Assembly: GCA_002269645.1 (NCBI GenBank)
Contig: NIVC01001428.1
Span: forward strand, 1 to 54,814
Length of the DNA: 54,814 nucleotides
Origin: Macrostomum lignano
Taxonomy: Eukaryota
Direction of reading: 5' to 3'
Part shown: positions 1 through 12,925 of the stretch, in pieces
How positions within the stretch are numbered: the first letter of the stretch is position 1
Layout of the letters: every line of letters begins with the position of its first letter
The notes under the pieces: model-generated
The model's database searches: none
Told to the model about the DNA's origin: nothing
The model's input: only the letters and a program-made list of their open reading frames with translations
Made by a program: the position numbers and the translations under genes

Positions 1-972
1 CCTCCTCCCTCGCACTGCCTCGGCCAGAAAGCCTTCAGAACTGCGTCTGGTCTGCAGAAACGTCCGCGCCACCTCAAGTCAGTATTTTGTCGCTTGCCTT
101 CTGCGCCTCAGCAGTTTTTTCACAACTCATTCGTGACGCCGCTATCGCTGACTGTTTGTTCTCAACTCCCTCGATGTGTTCAGACCCGTCTCTATCTATT
201 ACTACAAGTAATACTGCTTTCTCTGCTTTTGATGTTCACTTTTGCATTCGATAGATGAAATGAAATTCGCTGCTCTACGCACCCTGCGCGTTTTCTCCTC
301 GCTTTTCTTTCACATGCTACTCAAAGTACACAGTGCTGGGTCTGTAAGCGCCGTTTAAAAAATCTGGTTTCGTTTGTAATAGACTTGTAAGTACTTTTTT
401 AACATGCGGCGCCATGACTGTAAGGTTGCTCACACATTGACAAGTTTTGGAACATGTATGCAAAGCAAACTTCCCTCTCCTTCACTATTTAACCGCTAAT
501 TCTATTGTTTAACTGTGATTAATTATCTGCGATGCAATCGCAGAACCAACAGCTGCTGATTAAAAGTGCGCAGCCGAATTGCTCCGTCTCATTTTCTAAA
601 AATTTCTATTCTTTGTTGAGTAAATTTTTGCCGCATGAAATCTGCCTGGCTTGTAAGCTTTTGGTGAGTCAGACGAGCGAGCCTGCTGGTTCTGCTTTAA
701 TAGAGCTGACAGGATGAAGGCTGAAGATGGAAGACTGGCAGGCGCGTCTCGTGCTAAACAGGAAGCAGGTTAAGAACTGACTGTTGCATCAGCTTGAGTC
801 TTGACTAATTAGCGCATAAATGCTTTATTGGAAATGCAAAAACCTTCTGTGCCAGTGTCACTTTATAAATAAACTACTACAAGTAGCAGCCATTGCGACT
901 ACTGAGGCTGCAAGTGCAATAGTCAATAGTGTCAATAGTGCAATTCTCGAACCGTAATATTTCCCGCTCAGG

Positions 973-1124
973 CAGGCGCATAGCCAGGATTCACGTCAGG
1001 GGGGACAGAGACATAAATCCATCTCTGATGGAAGCGATGAATGCAAAATACAAAGACAGAAAAAAATTTCGCCCTCCAGGGGGGGCAAGTCCCCAGTGTC
1101 CCCCCCCCCTTGGCTACGCCCCTG
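973..1124. mobile_element. 152-bp non-autonomous hAT-like MITE
   Basis: Imperfect TIRs (CAGGCGCATAGCCA / TGGCTACGCCCCTG) flanked by a perfect 8-bp target-site duplication CGCTCAGG (965-972 and 1125-1132). 8-bp TSD with CAG..CTG ends is typical of hAT. Confidence 0.8.
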
Positions 1125-1619
1125 CGCTCAGGTTTGCGAAGATTCGGAATCACTATCTGTATGGCGATTTTTCAACCTAAAAACTGAAATTAGGTGGAGG
1201 AGTGATTCCTAACAGACTAATCGCCACAACGAAGTCTGTATCAGAGCTATCGGATCCCTCTGTTGGATCGGAACTGAGTGGAGAATCATCGAAACCCCCA
1301 TCTCTCTGTCTCACTAGACCCCTAGTAGGATAAATAAGTTGACATGCATGTAAGGTCCCTATTTACATGTAAGCCATAATATCTGTAGCACAAACAAATA
1401 ACTTTTCATACCACAATGTCTATGAACAGTTTGCTTTGAGATATTTATACATAATATCACTTAATTTATGCACAAAATAAAGTTCGACTTCGACCGTCTT
1501 CGACCGACGAGAGGCATTGCTGCCCATTCCGCCGACTCTCATGAGCAGCCACACATGTGCGCGATATGTACGCAGTCATACGCACAGGCACACACTCATA
1601 CAGGAGTGTACAGCGGTCT

Positions 1620-1814
1620 TAACTTTATTTACGATCGTTAGGCATGTACACTTCACACTTTGTCTTGGGGATTGGCGCTCTAGATCGTTATTTGCACGAG
1701 CAGAGACAAGCCGAGATCTTCAACTTAGCCCCAATATAATATGACTGCAATGGAATCGAGCCTGGGCTGCTGGCACATAAGAACGCCGCGCTAGAACACT
1801 AAGGCTACGGCCCC
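1620..1814 (-). mobile_element. tRNA-derived SINE-like element
   Basis: Minus strand begins GGGGCCGTAGCCTTAGTG (A-box-like), then GGCTCGATTCC (B-box-like), followed by a non-tRNA body. No clean cloverleaf. 3' boundary approximate. Confidence 0.5.
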
Positions 1815-3343
1815 CATCTACGGTCACCTTTTAAAGTGCCGAAGCTCTGGCGAACAGGCGAAAGAATTGTCGTGATATCAGCAGTTCGTCTACCTCCGCT
1901 GTTTGGTTTTCGACCTTCACGAGGATCTGCGGCGTCGCAGTGGGTTTGGCTGGACTGCCTTTCGTTCTATGAGGGCAGTCCTGCAGTCCGAGGCCCTACC
2001 GCCAGAGCGCTCCATCTAGGCAGTGGCTGACGTTGATAGCTCGTAGACTCAGTCGAACAGCAATTTGACGACAAGCTTCAAGATCGGCGTACATCGAATT
2101 TGTTGCTTTTGTTTGTGCTATTTTCTACTTTCATCCACAGCCGACTGGCGCTCCTTCTATCGCTTCCGAACGGAGCCCCAGTCTGCCTATGAATTATACT
2201 CGTAGAAAACGCCTTCTGGTATAGGAGGAGTAAAATGAATTTCCAATCTAGCCGTGACATTTTTGCTTTGAATCTCTTTGCTTCCTGTTTCGTGGCTTTA
2301 GGCCGGCTACGATGTTCATTAAAGCCATTCAAATGCAATGGAAGCCTTAGGTGTCTCCCATCTGCTGCTTGGGTAGGAAAATGCATGTTATGTCGCCAAC
2401 AGCAAAGGTATATACGTCACTTTAGTCATTCGCGAGGCATCAAAAGTTGGGCTACTGTGAAGTTCCACTTCGTTTAGCCTTCGTTTAGGCTTCGTTTAGG
2501 CAATAACACAGGCAATTCTATTGCCTATGCATGCTTGCTCACAATTTTCCAATTAGCCGGCAACTCTGACAAAGAAATTAGCTCGTATAAGCATACGCTT
2601 TCCACTGAATTACCTAGCATATGCATAGAACGCTCTTACACTAATTAGATAAGTCATTTACTGTAACCGTGACAAAATTTTCGCGAATGATGTCCTGGGC
2701 CCCACAAAGCTTCAGGACTGGACAAATATATCTATAGAAAATAATTTGCACCAAAAAGTTTTCTGTGGCAACGGGCAGCGGTGTGAAGCCGGCTGAGGGA
2801 ATCTCTGCTGAGTAAACAAACTGGTTTCCTCCCAAATTTCCTTTGTCGGATCGCGAGCAAACTCATGACGCCTGACTGGATAGCTGACACACTCTGAACC
2901 TCAGCAAACATAAAGTTTTAACCTGCTGGCCCTACAGTCCTTCATTTGACACAGACAGTTGGTTTGTTCTAGAGTCCGCTTGCTAACTTGCCGAGATTCG
3001 GAACTTTACTTTGCATTCCGTTACAACCGCACGGCCCTCACTAGGCGTTTCGTCGACTGCCTGTTGGCTGACGCTGGCGCCCCGGATTCGGCCGGCGGCG
3101 CGGCTTTCATTCGCGACCTGGCCTTGAGGCGTGCCCTGTGACTTGTTGTTATTCTGTTATTGTTGTTGTTATTCCCAAAGTTTAACGACTGTTGGGGTAA
3201 ACTGATAATTTGAAGGTCCTTGTGATGGTTTAACTAAGATTTTAAGATCCAATGGTCTTTATACTCGTATAATCGACAGTCTCAGACAGTTTCATTAATT
3301 GGCATACCTAATGAGTTGCACAATATTCTGAAAGGATTTTTAG

Positions 3344-4968
3344 GATTCCACTAATCAGGAGATACAACTAAAGGTGTGGCTGCTATTGGTAAGCTCATAA
3401 AATGTTGTCTTTGAAGCTTCCCTACAGAGCTTTGATGCTAGCTGCAATTCATGTTGTTATTCCAGCACTGGACCGACAGTCGCTTGGCCTGGAAAGGAAA
3501 GTTCAACTCCAGTCTGGACCATATCCACGCAATTACCCTTCCAGCATCGTACCTGTGGCAACCTGACGCATCTCTTTACGATGTGTGAGCCAATTCTCCT
3601 TGAAGTTGAATTGCTGCTCCTTTCAGAAAGTAACAAACTGGTTAATTACTAAAATATTTTTTTCATTAAAACAATTCAATCTAGAGTTGAGCTCTTGGAT
3701 GCCACGAAAGGCCGCGCGATACTCTCTGTGATGTCTTCAGGCATTGTGCTACAGAGCACCGGAATGACTGTCCACCAAGTGCAGCATGCAAATGCAGATG
3801 TTTCCGTTTGACAAGCAAAACTGCTTAGTCAGGCTCTCGAGTCTGCAGCAAGTCACGGGATCGACTCGAATCCGCATCAAGTCCCTGAATGAGAATGATA
3901 CACCGACTGGGTACGTCATGAAGAGCAGCGAGTTCTGCATTCTGTGGGTCCGGTTAGAAAACGGGTCGTTTGGCTTCTATGACACAGCCGAGCTCCGGGT
4001 CGGATTTCAGGTGAGTTTTTGTCCGAAATTTGGTAGTACGAGTAATTCGTGGGATAATGTTAACAGCCAGAAAATAATGGACCAGGATTTGTAATTGCAG
4101 CGACTTTCGAATTTCTACATGATAAACCTGATGCTGCCCTGCATTCTTCTCTTTGGAGTTTCCGCGCTCGCCTTCTGCCTGCCTCCCGAGTGTGGCGAGC
4201 GAGTCTCCTTCAGCATCACCATCGTGCTGTCCATGTGCGTGTTCCTGCAGTTGGTCGGCAACTACACGCCCACACAGAGCGAGTCCGTGCCGTTTATCAG
4301 TGAGTTCCTCGAAGTATCTGCATCACTTCATTGCCTTGGAGCAATTGATCCGAATTTGACACTTACCCCACATTCCAGCCTGGTACTTCAGCTTGGCCGT
4401 GATCATGACAGTTGTAAATGTGCTCTGCAACGCATTTGTTCTCAACTGTCACTTCAGGCAGGAGAGCAGCGTCAGCAGTCGGGTCGTCCGTGCACTCTTC
4501 CTCAACAGATTCTTTGTCGGAGAAAACTCCGAGCGGACAGTCACACGCACCGCAGCCGATGCGGATGGCAAACTATCGGCATCTCAGACTTCCAACGCCA
4601 TTTTTGTAAATAATGGATGGAAGACTGTCGGATCTTCCGCTGATCGGGTGTTCTTCAAATTATTTATCAGCTTCGGAGTCGCAATGATGGTCGTGCCGTT
4701 TGCTATTTTCTGTGTAAAATCTAACACTAACTCTGCCTGGGCGATCTCTAGGATCCAATGGAACTTAGGAATAACTATGATCTCAGTTTTTATATCTAAC
4801 GTACGAACTACATCCAATTCTGTCAAAATGTCGGGAAAAAAGAAAAGGAAAGGGAAAAAGCGGCTGGCAAGTAACGTTGACTCCTGTAATCCTATTTTCC
4901 TAAACAGTAATATTTTCTGCTCTTGTTACACTAGCTTTATTAATACCAGCTCGCATTGCAAAAACTAA
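3344..4968 (+). pseudogene. Cys-loop ligand-gated ion channel, nAChR-like, copy 1 (frameshifted as assembled; 5' exon not located)
   Basis: GT-AG exons: 3344-3388 (45 nt, DSTNQEIQLKVWLLL), 3466-3584 (119 nt, HWTDSRLAW..WQPDASLYD), 3685-4010 (Cys-loop CSMQMQMFPFDKQNC), 4101-4299 (M1-M2, PPECGERVSFSITIVL), 4379-4968 (M3, M4). Exon 3685-4010 is 326 nt and changes frame near 3765-3770. Confidence 0.8.
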
Positions 4969-5799
4969 AATGCGAGAGTAGCTGAGCGCCTTTAGATCAG
5001 CCAAGAACTCCGTATGTCACTGATTGCGGCAGTGTCAATTTATCACCTTATTCGTCGGTGATGGAGCAATAGTTTTTTAACTCAAAATTTGACGATTAGA
5101 CAAAGCTTTGTTTATACTCGTACACCTCGAATAGAAAAGGCATATTCAAAACCTGTTGTTCCTGTATTCAGATTATTTTGCAAATTTAGCTCTAAGAGAG
5201 AATACTTTCCAAATTACAACAAAAATTATACTTCTACTAGCTGGTATCTACGTTGGTATTTTATGCCGGTTAATGATATTTTATCAACAAAATAAAATAG
5301 GAAAGCTGGATCGTCAGCACTTGTGATGAACTCGGTGGCATTCGGCAAGCTGAGCCAACACCTCAAGCCTAGAAATCCGAGAGGAAATCCGAGTAGCCTA
5401 AAGCTGCCATGTACATTCCTGTGGACTGGCTAATGTACATTATTGCTGAACCAATCAGCAAGTTGTTTACGCATGCAAACTTGGGCTTTTAAACTTAGCA
5501 AAGTCGTTTCAGCTGCCTTTATTTATATAAAATAGCTTATGTATTCCTCTTTGCTACTGAATTGAAAGTAGAAAGCTGTTTTACTACGTATATATGCCTG
5601 AGTGGCCCATCCAGTCATTTTAGTATCTGTGGCGCAGATGAAGACAGGGAAGCAGGAAAACCTTTACAATAAAAGAGCGAAAATGACAGTGAATACAATT
5701 CAGAGACTTGTTACCTGCACATTATTTCGAGACAGCAAGGTTAATTTGAGCAGAAAAACCAAATGCCATTTATTCATGCAGGAGACTCTGCATATCGAC

Positions 5800-5945
5800 A
5801 GCAAAATTATATTTGCACAGCATACAGTGAGGTCTATAGCTTGTGAGTCAGTTCACTCAACCACAGGACATAGCAAAATTATATTTGCAGAGCATACAGT
5901 GAGGTCTATAGCTTGTGAGTCAGTTCACTCAACCACAGGATATAG
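5800..5945. repeat. Tandem duplication, 2 x 72 bp
   Basis: AGCAAAATTATATTTGCA..CAACCACAGGA starts at 5800 and again at 5872. Confidence 0.9.
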
Positions 5946-6136
5946 CTGCTGAGTCTGCTCGAACTCTCTAATCAGCTAATTGAGTCGGGTAAATACGATA
6001 ATTTTAGGCAAAGCAAATACTGGACCGATCGTGTTTGCACAATTAATGCGGGGTTAGGACTGTACATTGGTGGTAAACTGATCCCTACTTTATACTCGTA
6101 TTTGTGCTCACCGCCATCAGTCCGACACTGTCCGCC

Positions 6137-9100
6137 ATGTTTTTTCTCACTAGCCTCATCGTATCCTTCGCTGCTCTGCTTGCTGCTTCAACCGCTGAAG
6201 TTGCCAATGACGTCTCACAGGACGCTGCCGTGATGGCGGCGCTAAAGCTGGGCACCGAGTACAACAGGGCGGTCCGGCCGCCCCCGGACAACGGCACCGC
6301 AAACACTGTGAACTTGTTCATCTTTCTGTACAGCCTCGCCAAAGTGGTGAGTTGATCTTCGTTGTTGCTCTTCCGGACATGAATTTACAGCAAGTATCCA
6401 CTGAATGTTTCAGAACTCTGCGTCTCAGGAGGTGACACTGCAGTTTTTACTCGGGAAGGTAACTACAGAAGATAATTTGTTTTAATAATACTGTGTACTA
6501 AAACCAGGAAATCCGGAGATTTTAGTTTCAAGTCGCATGACCAAGACGTTATTTTCACTCGTAATTCGTGATCGCGAGGCGATTCGAAGTTGTCTAAGTG
6601 ATGGGTTCAGCCTTCTATAGCCTTTGATCGGAGACTTCTTGGGCCTCGGAGTGCAGAAATTAATCACTGAGCACTCTCTCCCGTCAGACGGTCAGTCAGC
6701 CCCAGGTAGCGAAGATACAAGCGGCTGGGTCCCCGATAGCTAAGAGAGGACAGCGAGAGACAAGCAGGGAGAATTGGAAAAAAAAGTTGAAATCAGCTAA
6801 TGCAGAGATCAAACTAAACCCGCTGCCACCAACCCGCTGCCTCTGGAAATCGGGTTTCCGACTAGAAGGGGCTCTGAGACAACCTGAGAACCGGTTTCTT
6901 TTTTGCTGCCAACCTCGAAGTCATAGCGGCTTCAATAGGCAGTGAGTTGCAAGTGTACTTGTATGCGCTAGTCGCTAGAGCGGGGGTTGGGAGTTGCTAT
7001 TTCACAGTATGTACGTGCTTTCCACTCACCATCTGTCTCTATCGTCTATACCCAATTATTCAACAATCGTTGTAGTCGTATTTAACCTGCGTATCGATCT
7101 AATAAACGCCAAGCAGCTTCGTCAACTCTCAGTCGTACAGTATCTCTCTCTGACCATGCAGGGACAGTGTGGGCTTTTGCCGAGGGGTTCTGGCGATTCT
7201 CTATGCACCAATGAATGCTCAATTAATACTCAGCAATAGCCAAAAGTTCCACCCTCCAAGCGATATGAAAATTTTATCACTTATTGCGACAACTTCTCAC
7301 TCACAGTTCAAACCTCAAGTTACGCCACTACTCGTGGGCCGCCGCGAGGAAGGGAAAATAACAGTTTACTTTTTATGAAATACGCAGTTAGAATCGCATT
7401 GCTTAATAACGCATGCGAGATCCCCTCGCACGCAGAAGTGCGGTGACTCTTCGGGGCGTCCTTTGTAAGCTGCAGCCAAGCCTTTTCAGTGGTATGGCGC
7501 AGCTCCACAACATTCTGTGGTGGATAACCCTTTTCGAATGCTGCATTTTAGGAAGTCCCAGACATGCTCGATGGGATTCATGTCTGGGGACCGGGAAGGC
7601 CAGCGCAGAGTGCGCAGCTGTAGCTGTTCTTTCAGTTGACTGACACCATCGGCTTGGTGTGGCAGCGCGTTGTCATCCTGGACATTTAAGGAGACTCAAG
7701 CCACCCCAAGTGGCAATAAGCTTTGCGCGTGCCTTAAGTTGCGTCGCTCGCAAAGTGGAAAAAATTAATCTCGCTTGGAGGGTGGAACTTTCGACTGTTG
7801 CTGAGTATATCTCTTGCTCGCTTTTGGCCTGAAATTTGTCCACTGGTCTGTAAATGGTGCTGATGGCAGAACTATCAGAGCCTTCAAGAGATCCCTAGAC
7901 TAACTCTGAATGATTCCTTCCTGCTGCTTTGCCGCCTGGGACAGCACAAAAGTACACCCCTGGCAAATGGTTTGCCTGATTTCGGAATCTGACTGATTGA
8001 TAGGTTAAGTGAAAGGAGGCTGCAATGCTTCGTTCTGCTGCGACATTCGACTCAATAAATTACAGCCACTCATCGTGGCTAGCAAGGCTAAAAAGAAAGA
8101 TCGAACTCTTAAAAGAGAGAGATGCGATCTGGTTTTTCTCCTAAATCCACACTTCTTTGAAATTGTGTTGGAGTAAATAAGTAATTATTCCCAGCACATG
8201 AAAGCAAATAACTAAAAGTGCAAAGGGCTCGGAAAACAAGTGCGCTCCGATAGAGCAGGTCAAGAAAGCTTCTCAGCCAATCAGAGTTTCAAGCTGCTGG
8301 TGGCCAAGAAATCCACTGTGACAAAGACAGCAGGGTGCTGCTGCTGCTCTAAGATGATTTAGATCCAGGGAGTCTAAAGCTTGCAGAGGACTTTTCATCA
8401 GCGTGAACCCGGCGCTTTCGGGGTACTTAGCTGCAGCGTCTCGAGCGGGCATATGCACGGTGGTTTATCCAACCCGGTTATCAGACCGACAGCCGGATAA
8501 ACAACGTTTTCGAGAGGTAGGCCGGCCTTGAATATCCTTCCAGTGGCCAAATTGTTATACCAAGCGTCGAATTTTCTGATTGGACGAGCCCGGAATGACT
8601 AGCTTGATTTTGATTGGCTGAGCTTTCAGACCCTGAAAATCCTCTGCACCGGGCGACCTCTTAGACACCATAGGAACTTGACAGGTGCGGTCATAAATTT
8701 AAAAAGCACGGAAAAATCCAACTAAAAATACCTCGGCTAAAGATCCTGGCCCCAAAGTAACAATATTTTTTGTGTGGAACAACCAGTCGATTGAGTTAGG
8801 ATAGAAAGTCCTAACGGGGATCAGAATTGGCGGGTCCTATGAAGCCAAAATTAGACAGGTACTGGATTGTAGATCAAAATCGACCTATCAGTACAGCTGG
8901 TCTTTCGGTATTTTCTTTTCTTCTAGCATCAGAACAATTCTCGTATCTTTACGAGCAACACGAATTCACATGTACATGTCGAAATTCTCTGTAAATTTCT
9001 GTAGCATTGGTTCGATTCGCGACTGGTGTGGAATTCAACGCCTAATCGGACATTGGACACCACCATTCCCCTCTGGGTTCCGCCTCAAATGGTTTGGACA

Positions 9101-12100
9101 CCTGCTATTACAGTCGACACTGTGTGAGTTGACGAAAGTTTTTTAACCTGTTGACATCATCAAAGTAAAAATGTGCTTCGAACTTCGAACGCAGAGTGGA
9201 GATGAAGCATGTTGTACTGGACGAGTCGCCTGTTTCGATCAGTGCAGCTGGATGGCTTCGTCATAGTACTGTGCTTCTCGTGACCTTCAAATGTCAAATG
9301 CAAATGCACCTGTTTCCTTTCGACAGTCAGATGTGTGGCGTTAGCATCCGGTCTCAAACACCTGCCACCACGGCGCTCAACTTACTTTTTGACAAACAAT
9401 ATTCTGTCGAAAGATACTTGTCAAAGAGCAACGAATTCTGCATCAAGAAGGTTTTCCTAAAGAAATTTAATATAGATGCTCTAACTGCGCCGATGCTTCT
9501 GCTTACGTTTCAGGTAAGAAAAATCGTAAAACAGTAAAAAATCTATGTACGAGCTGTAAATAATCAGCGGTCGCAGTGCGTCACCACAGTGCAGCAGTGT
9601 GTACCATGACCTTTGTGCCCGCTGGGCACTTATTCTTGCCTTTTAATGCCATAAACTACATTTAAGCCCGCTTGTAGGAGTCAAACTTACTTTAATGCAA
9701 ATTAGCGGGCAGTTAATAGTACATTAATACCCATGCTTTAAGGGCGTTAATGGGAAAATCAGAGGGCGCCGTTAGGCACCCGAGGATTTCTCATTAACGC
9801 CCGCAAAGCATGGGTATTACTATCATTGTGCCATAGACATTTGTGTCCTTGACAAAGTGGGACAAAATTAGCGGGCAGTTAATGTATTAACTGCCCGCTA
9901 ATTTGCATTAGAGTAAGTTTGAAATAGACAATCGGGCGTTAAATGTCATTGACTGCCCGCTAATTTGCATTAGAGTAAGTGTGACTCGTGCAAGCGGGCT
10001 TAAATGTAGTTTATGGCATTAAAAGGCAAGAATAAGTGCCCAGCGGGCACAAAGGTCATGGTACAATGACATTAACTGCCCGCTAATTTTGTCCCACTTT
10101 GTCAAGTACTATTGGTTTTGTCAGCCTAACTGAGAATAAAGCCATCCAAAGTGAGAATCCTGCCTACGCTGACTGCGAAGGGCCTGGCTGCGTGCAGCCT
10201 TAGTCTATGGGCCATAGACTATAAAGGACAAGCAAAGTGATAAAAAGCCATCCAATGTGAGAATCGATTGGTCTATGCGTCGTATTCTTTTATTTTGCTT
10301 GTCCTTTATAGTCTATGGCTCATAGACTAGGCTGCACGCAGCCAGGCCCTTCGCAGTCAGCGTAGGCAGGATTCTCACTTTGGATGGCTTTTTATCACTT
10401 TGCTTGTCCTTTATAGTCCATGGCTCATAGACTAAGGCTGCACGCAGCCAGGCCCTTCGCAGTCAGCGTAGGCAGGATTCTCACTTTGGATGGCTTTATT
10501 CTCAGTTAGGCTGACAAAACCAATATTAGACAATAATATCATAATATTATCTAAGAGTTTAAACATTCAGCGGACCATAAAACCATAGAAAACCATAGAA
10601 AACCTAGATTGATTCGTATAGATGAAATTCAATTTTTCAAATTCTATTTTCGATGGCTAAAACTGAATTTAAACAGTTCAATTCAGACTTTAAACTCACA
10701 ATCACTGTGACTAAAATGTCAGAACACATGTGTGCTCAATCAGACGTTTTCACAGGCCAAACAACGGGGTAGGAAGCGCAGTGTGTAAGCTGAGCAAACC
10801 AGTCTAGGCTGCATTCTTGGCAACCATGATGGCATCCACAACTGACTCCGCAATTCTCTGCAGTACCATGAGACGCCAATCCTGTATTAGATTTCGTCTG
10901 GTGGACTCTCGCTTCGTTTGCAGAGTGGGTGCGACTTGTCTGAATTTAACTGCACTGTGTCTTAAATTCAGGGTTCTGCCTGCGCCCGAGCGATGGGCCA
11001 TAGACGTTTTGACCAATAGAGGAAAGTACGTGTAGAAACTTTAGTTAAATATAATTGACAGGGTCTTGAAATAAATTCTCGAATTCATAAACAAAACAAA
11101 AAATGCTATACATGCAGTACTCATAAATATTGTCGTAACCCGCGTCGTTTTGGGTTCCCAGTCCCGAGTAAAATATATTATACGTAATATAACAGGCGTA
11201 GTGACGCTCTGTCTGTACTTTTATGGATACGAGCAGGCGTGCGACGCCCTGCGATAATAGTTCGATCCCTCTGGTGTTGTGACACTCAGAGTTCACACTG
11301 CGGCTCGAGGTGTGGTGACACTCTCGAGTGCTTCTAGTTTCGATACTGTAGGTTGTACACACTATATAAAGTAACCGGTACAGTACTACAATAATACACA
11401 ATATACTATACGCTGCTGTGCTGCAGTGGTCACAGTCGCAGGCGTGATGACGCTCTAGCTATGGAACCACTGCTACGGCAAGGCCTCAGAAAAGCTAAAG
11501 AAGCGAATGAACTCGGGGTTCTACCGGTGCCAGAAGCTGTGAGGCTCGTTCGAATATCGCTACCACTTGACCGCTTTATTTGCTCGCAATCAATTGAGTC
11601 CTCGCAGTAAGAGACCGTCTAGACACGGCTCGCTTGAGTATCACATGCAAAATTAGGAGACTTCGCAGTAAGACACCGTCTTTACGACTCGCTTGAGTAT
11701 CGCTAGGTTAGTTTGAAGAGCTAGGCGAGGGGAGTGGAGCGGAGTGCGGCCAGCTGGCTGGGCCAGGCTTGAGCACTGTATACCACTTAACAGGGTAGAG
11801 GGGCAGACAGCGTGAGAGAGAGAAACGCCAAACAAAAGAAATGAACTCTCAGCCAATCAGCGTGCCCGCCGAGCAGATCTGACTGAAGAGGGGCTTGAAA
11901 AGAAAAACACAAAAACACAAGCCCAGCCAATCAGTGGCCGCTGCGGGGAAAGACTCCAGCCGGACAGAGCGCCCCCCCCCCAACCAGCCAGAACTGGTCT
12001 GGGGATGGCCGCCTAGGGCGCACGCAAAAACAACTAAAAAATTGCAAGAGCACTCAACAGACCAGACATCACAATATACGAGCGTATTTTAAATATATAA

Positions 12101-12925
12101 ATAAATTACATATATAATTAAATATATAACTAAAAATAAATAATATAATATGAAAATATGAAGGCCAACATCACGGACTACTTAAGTATAAACGACAATT
12201 AAGTAGTCCGTGGCCAACATATGCGTATGGTTATTTTCAGAGACGGGTGGCGTTCTACGTGACGAACCTGCTCTTTCCGAGCATCCTCCTGCTCGCCATC
12301 TCCGCACTCGCATTCCGAATGCCTCCAGACTGCGGCGAGCGAGTCTCCTTCAGCATCACCATCGTGCTGTCCATGTGCGTGTTCCTGCAGCTGGCTGGCA
12401 ACTACACGCCCACGCAGAGCGAGTCCGTGCCGCTCATCAGTGAGTCGCGAGATGGTCATTGTGCTGACCGAATCTCTGTACATGTATGCTTATGCGGTCA
12501 CAATTTCCGTTGCAGCTTGGTACTTCAGCATCGCAGTATTGATGACAATTCTGAACGTGCTGTGCAATGCATTCGTGCTGAGGTGTCACTCCAAGCAGCA
12601 TAAAAATGCTTACGTCAGCAACCGGCTGATCCGTGCTCTGTTCCTTAACCGACTCGTGACTGGGAGGAAGCCACAGGTGGATGCTGCACAAGATACAGCT
12701 GACCAGTCTGAGGGCTCTGATGGAGCCATCCCGCCAAGTCCCCTAACAACGACCAATGAGTGCAGCATTGTTGTAGCGTCAGCCGACAAAGTGTTCTTTG
12801 CGATGAACATCTTCGTCACTGTGCTTACAGTCATAGTCACGAGTGCATTTGCAGTCAGTGCGTATTCGAACAATTGCATTGAAGGAACCTTCTCTTCGTT
12901 GGTTGATTTGGTCAAAGACGAATGA
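6137..12925 (+). CDS. Cys-loop ligand-gated ion channel, nAChR-like, copy 2 (intact, 433 aa)
   Basis: Exons 6137-6346, 6414-6458, 9005-9123, 9195-9513, 12241-12439, 12516-12925 join to 1302 nt with no internal stop and all GT-AG. Signal peptide, YNRAVRPP, WFDSRLVW, Cys-loop CQMQMHLFPFDSQMC, PPDCGER-M2, SESVPLI, ADK-M4. Confidence 0.92.
7229..7805 (-). mobile_element. Internally deleted Tc1-family (DD34E) DNA transposon in intron 2 of LGIC copy 2
   Basis: About 35-bp TIRs (CTCAGCAATAGCCAAAAGTTCCACCCTCCAAGCGA) with TA on both sides. Minus strand about 7410-7690 encodes QDDNALPH..WPSRSPDMNPIEHVW with 34 residues between D and E, then a frameshifted C-terminus. Confidence 0.85.
9600..10107. mobile_element. 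Foldback/MITE-like element with about 115-bp inverted arms
   Basis: 9600-9715 is the near reverse complement of about 9951-10065. A second inverted pair lies at about 9845-9885 and 10069-10107. No clear TSD. Confidence 0.7.
10110..10525. mobile_element. MITE with TA ends and a duplicated right arm
   Basis: TATTGGTTTTGTCAGCCTAACTGAG.. is inverted at ..CTCAGTTAGGCTGACAAAACCAATA. An approximately 100-bp right-arm segment occurs twice (about 10294-10390 and 10399-10497). Confidence 0.75.
11131..12073 (-). mobile_element. Solo LTR (943 bp) related to the LTRs of the gypsy element at 28477-38566
   Basis: TG..CA termini on the minus strand and 4-bp TSD ATAT (11127-11130, 12074-12077). The 3' third is clearly homologous to 29170-29414 (e.g. 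AGAAGCACTCGAGAGTGTCACCACACCTCGAGCCGCAG). Confidence 0.88.

Noticed and set aside
260-663. Possible signal-peptide exon (260-343) and 120-nt exon (544-663) as the missing 5' end of channel copy 1
   Set aside because: Splice signals are plausible, but there is no YN..RP N-terminal helix motif or similarity to the paralogs' exon 1.
1740-1814. Genuine tRNA gene (also 15520-15600, 20900-20980, 26200-26260)
   Set aside because: A/B boxes are present but acceptor and anticodon stems do not close; SINE heads are the better explanation.
2685-2815. ANDV..ENNLHQKVF as a degenerate exon 1 of copy 1
   Set aside because: Needs a frameshift, lacks RP and has no convincing phase-0 donor.
12440-12515. ORF-track N-termini MSREMVIVLTES.. 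and MYRVLMALET.. as real coding sequence
   Set aside because: They are read-through of intron 5 and intron 4; canonical splice sites give the conserved channel frame.
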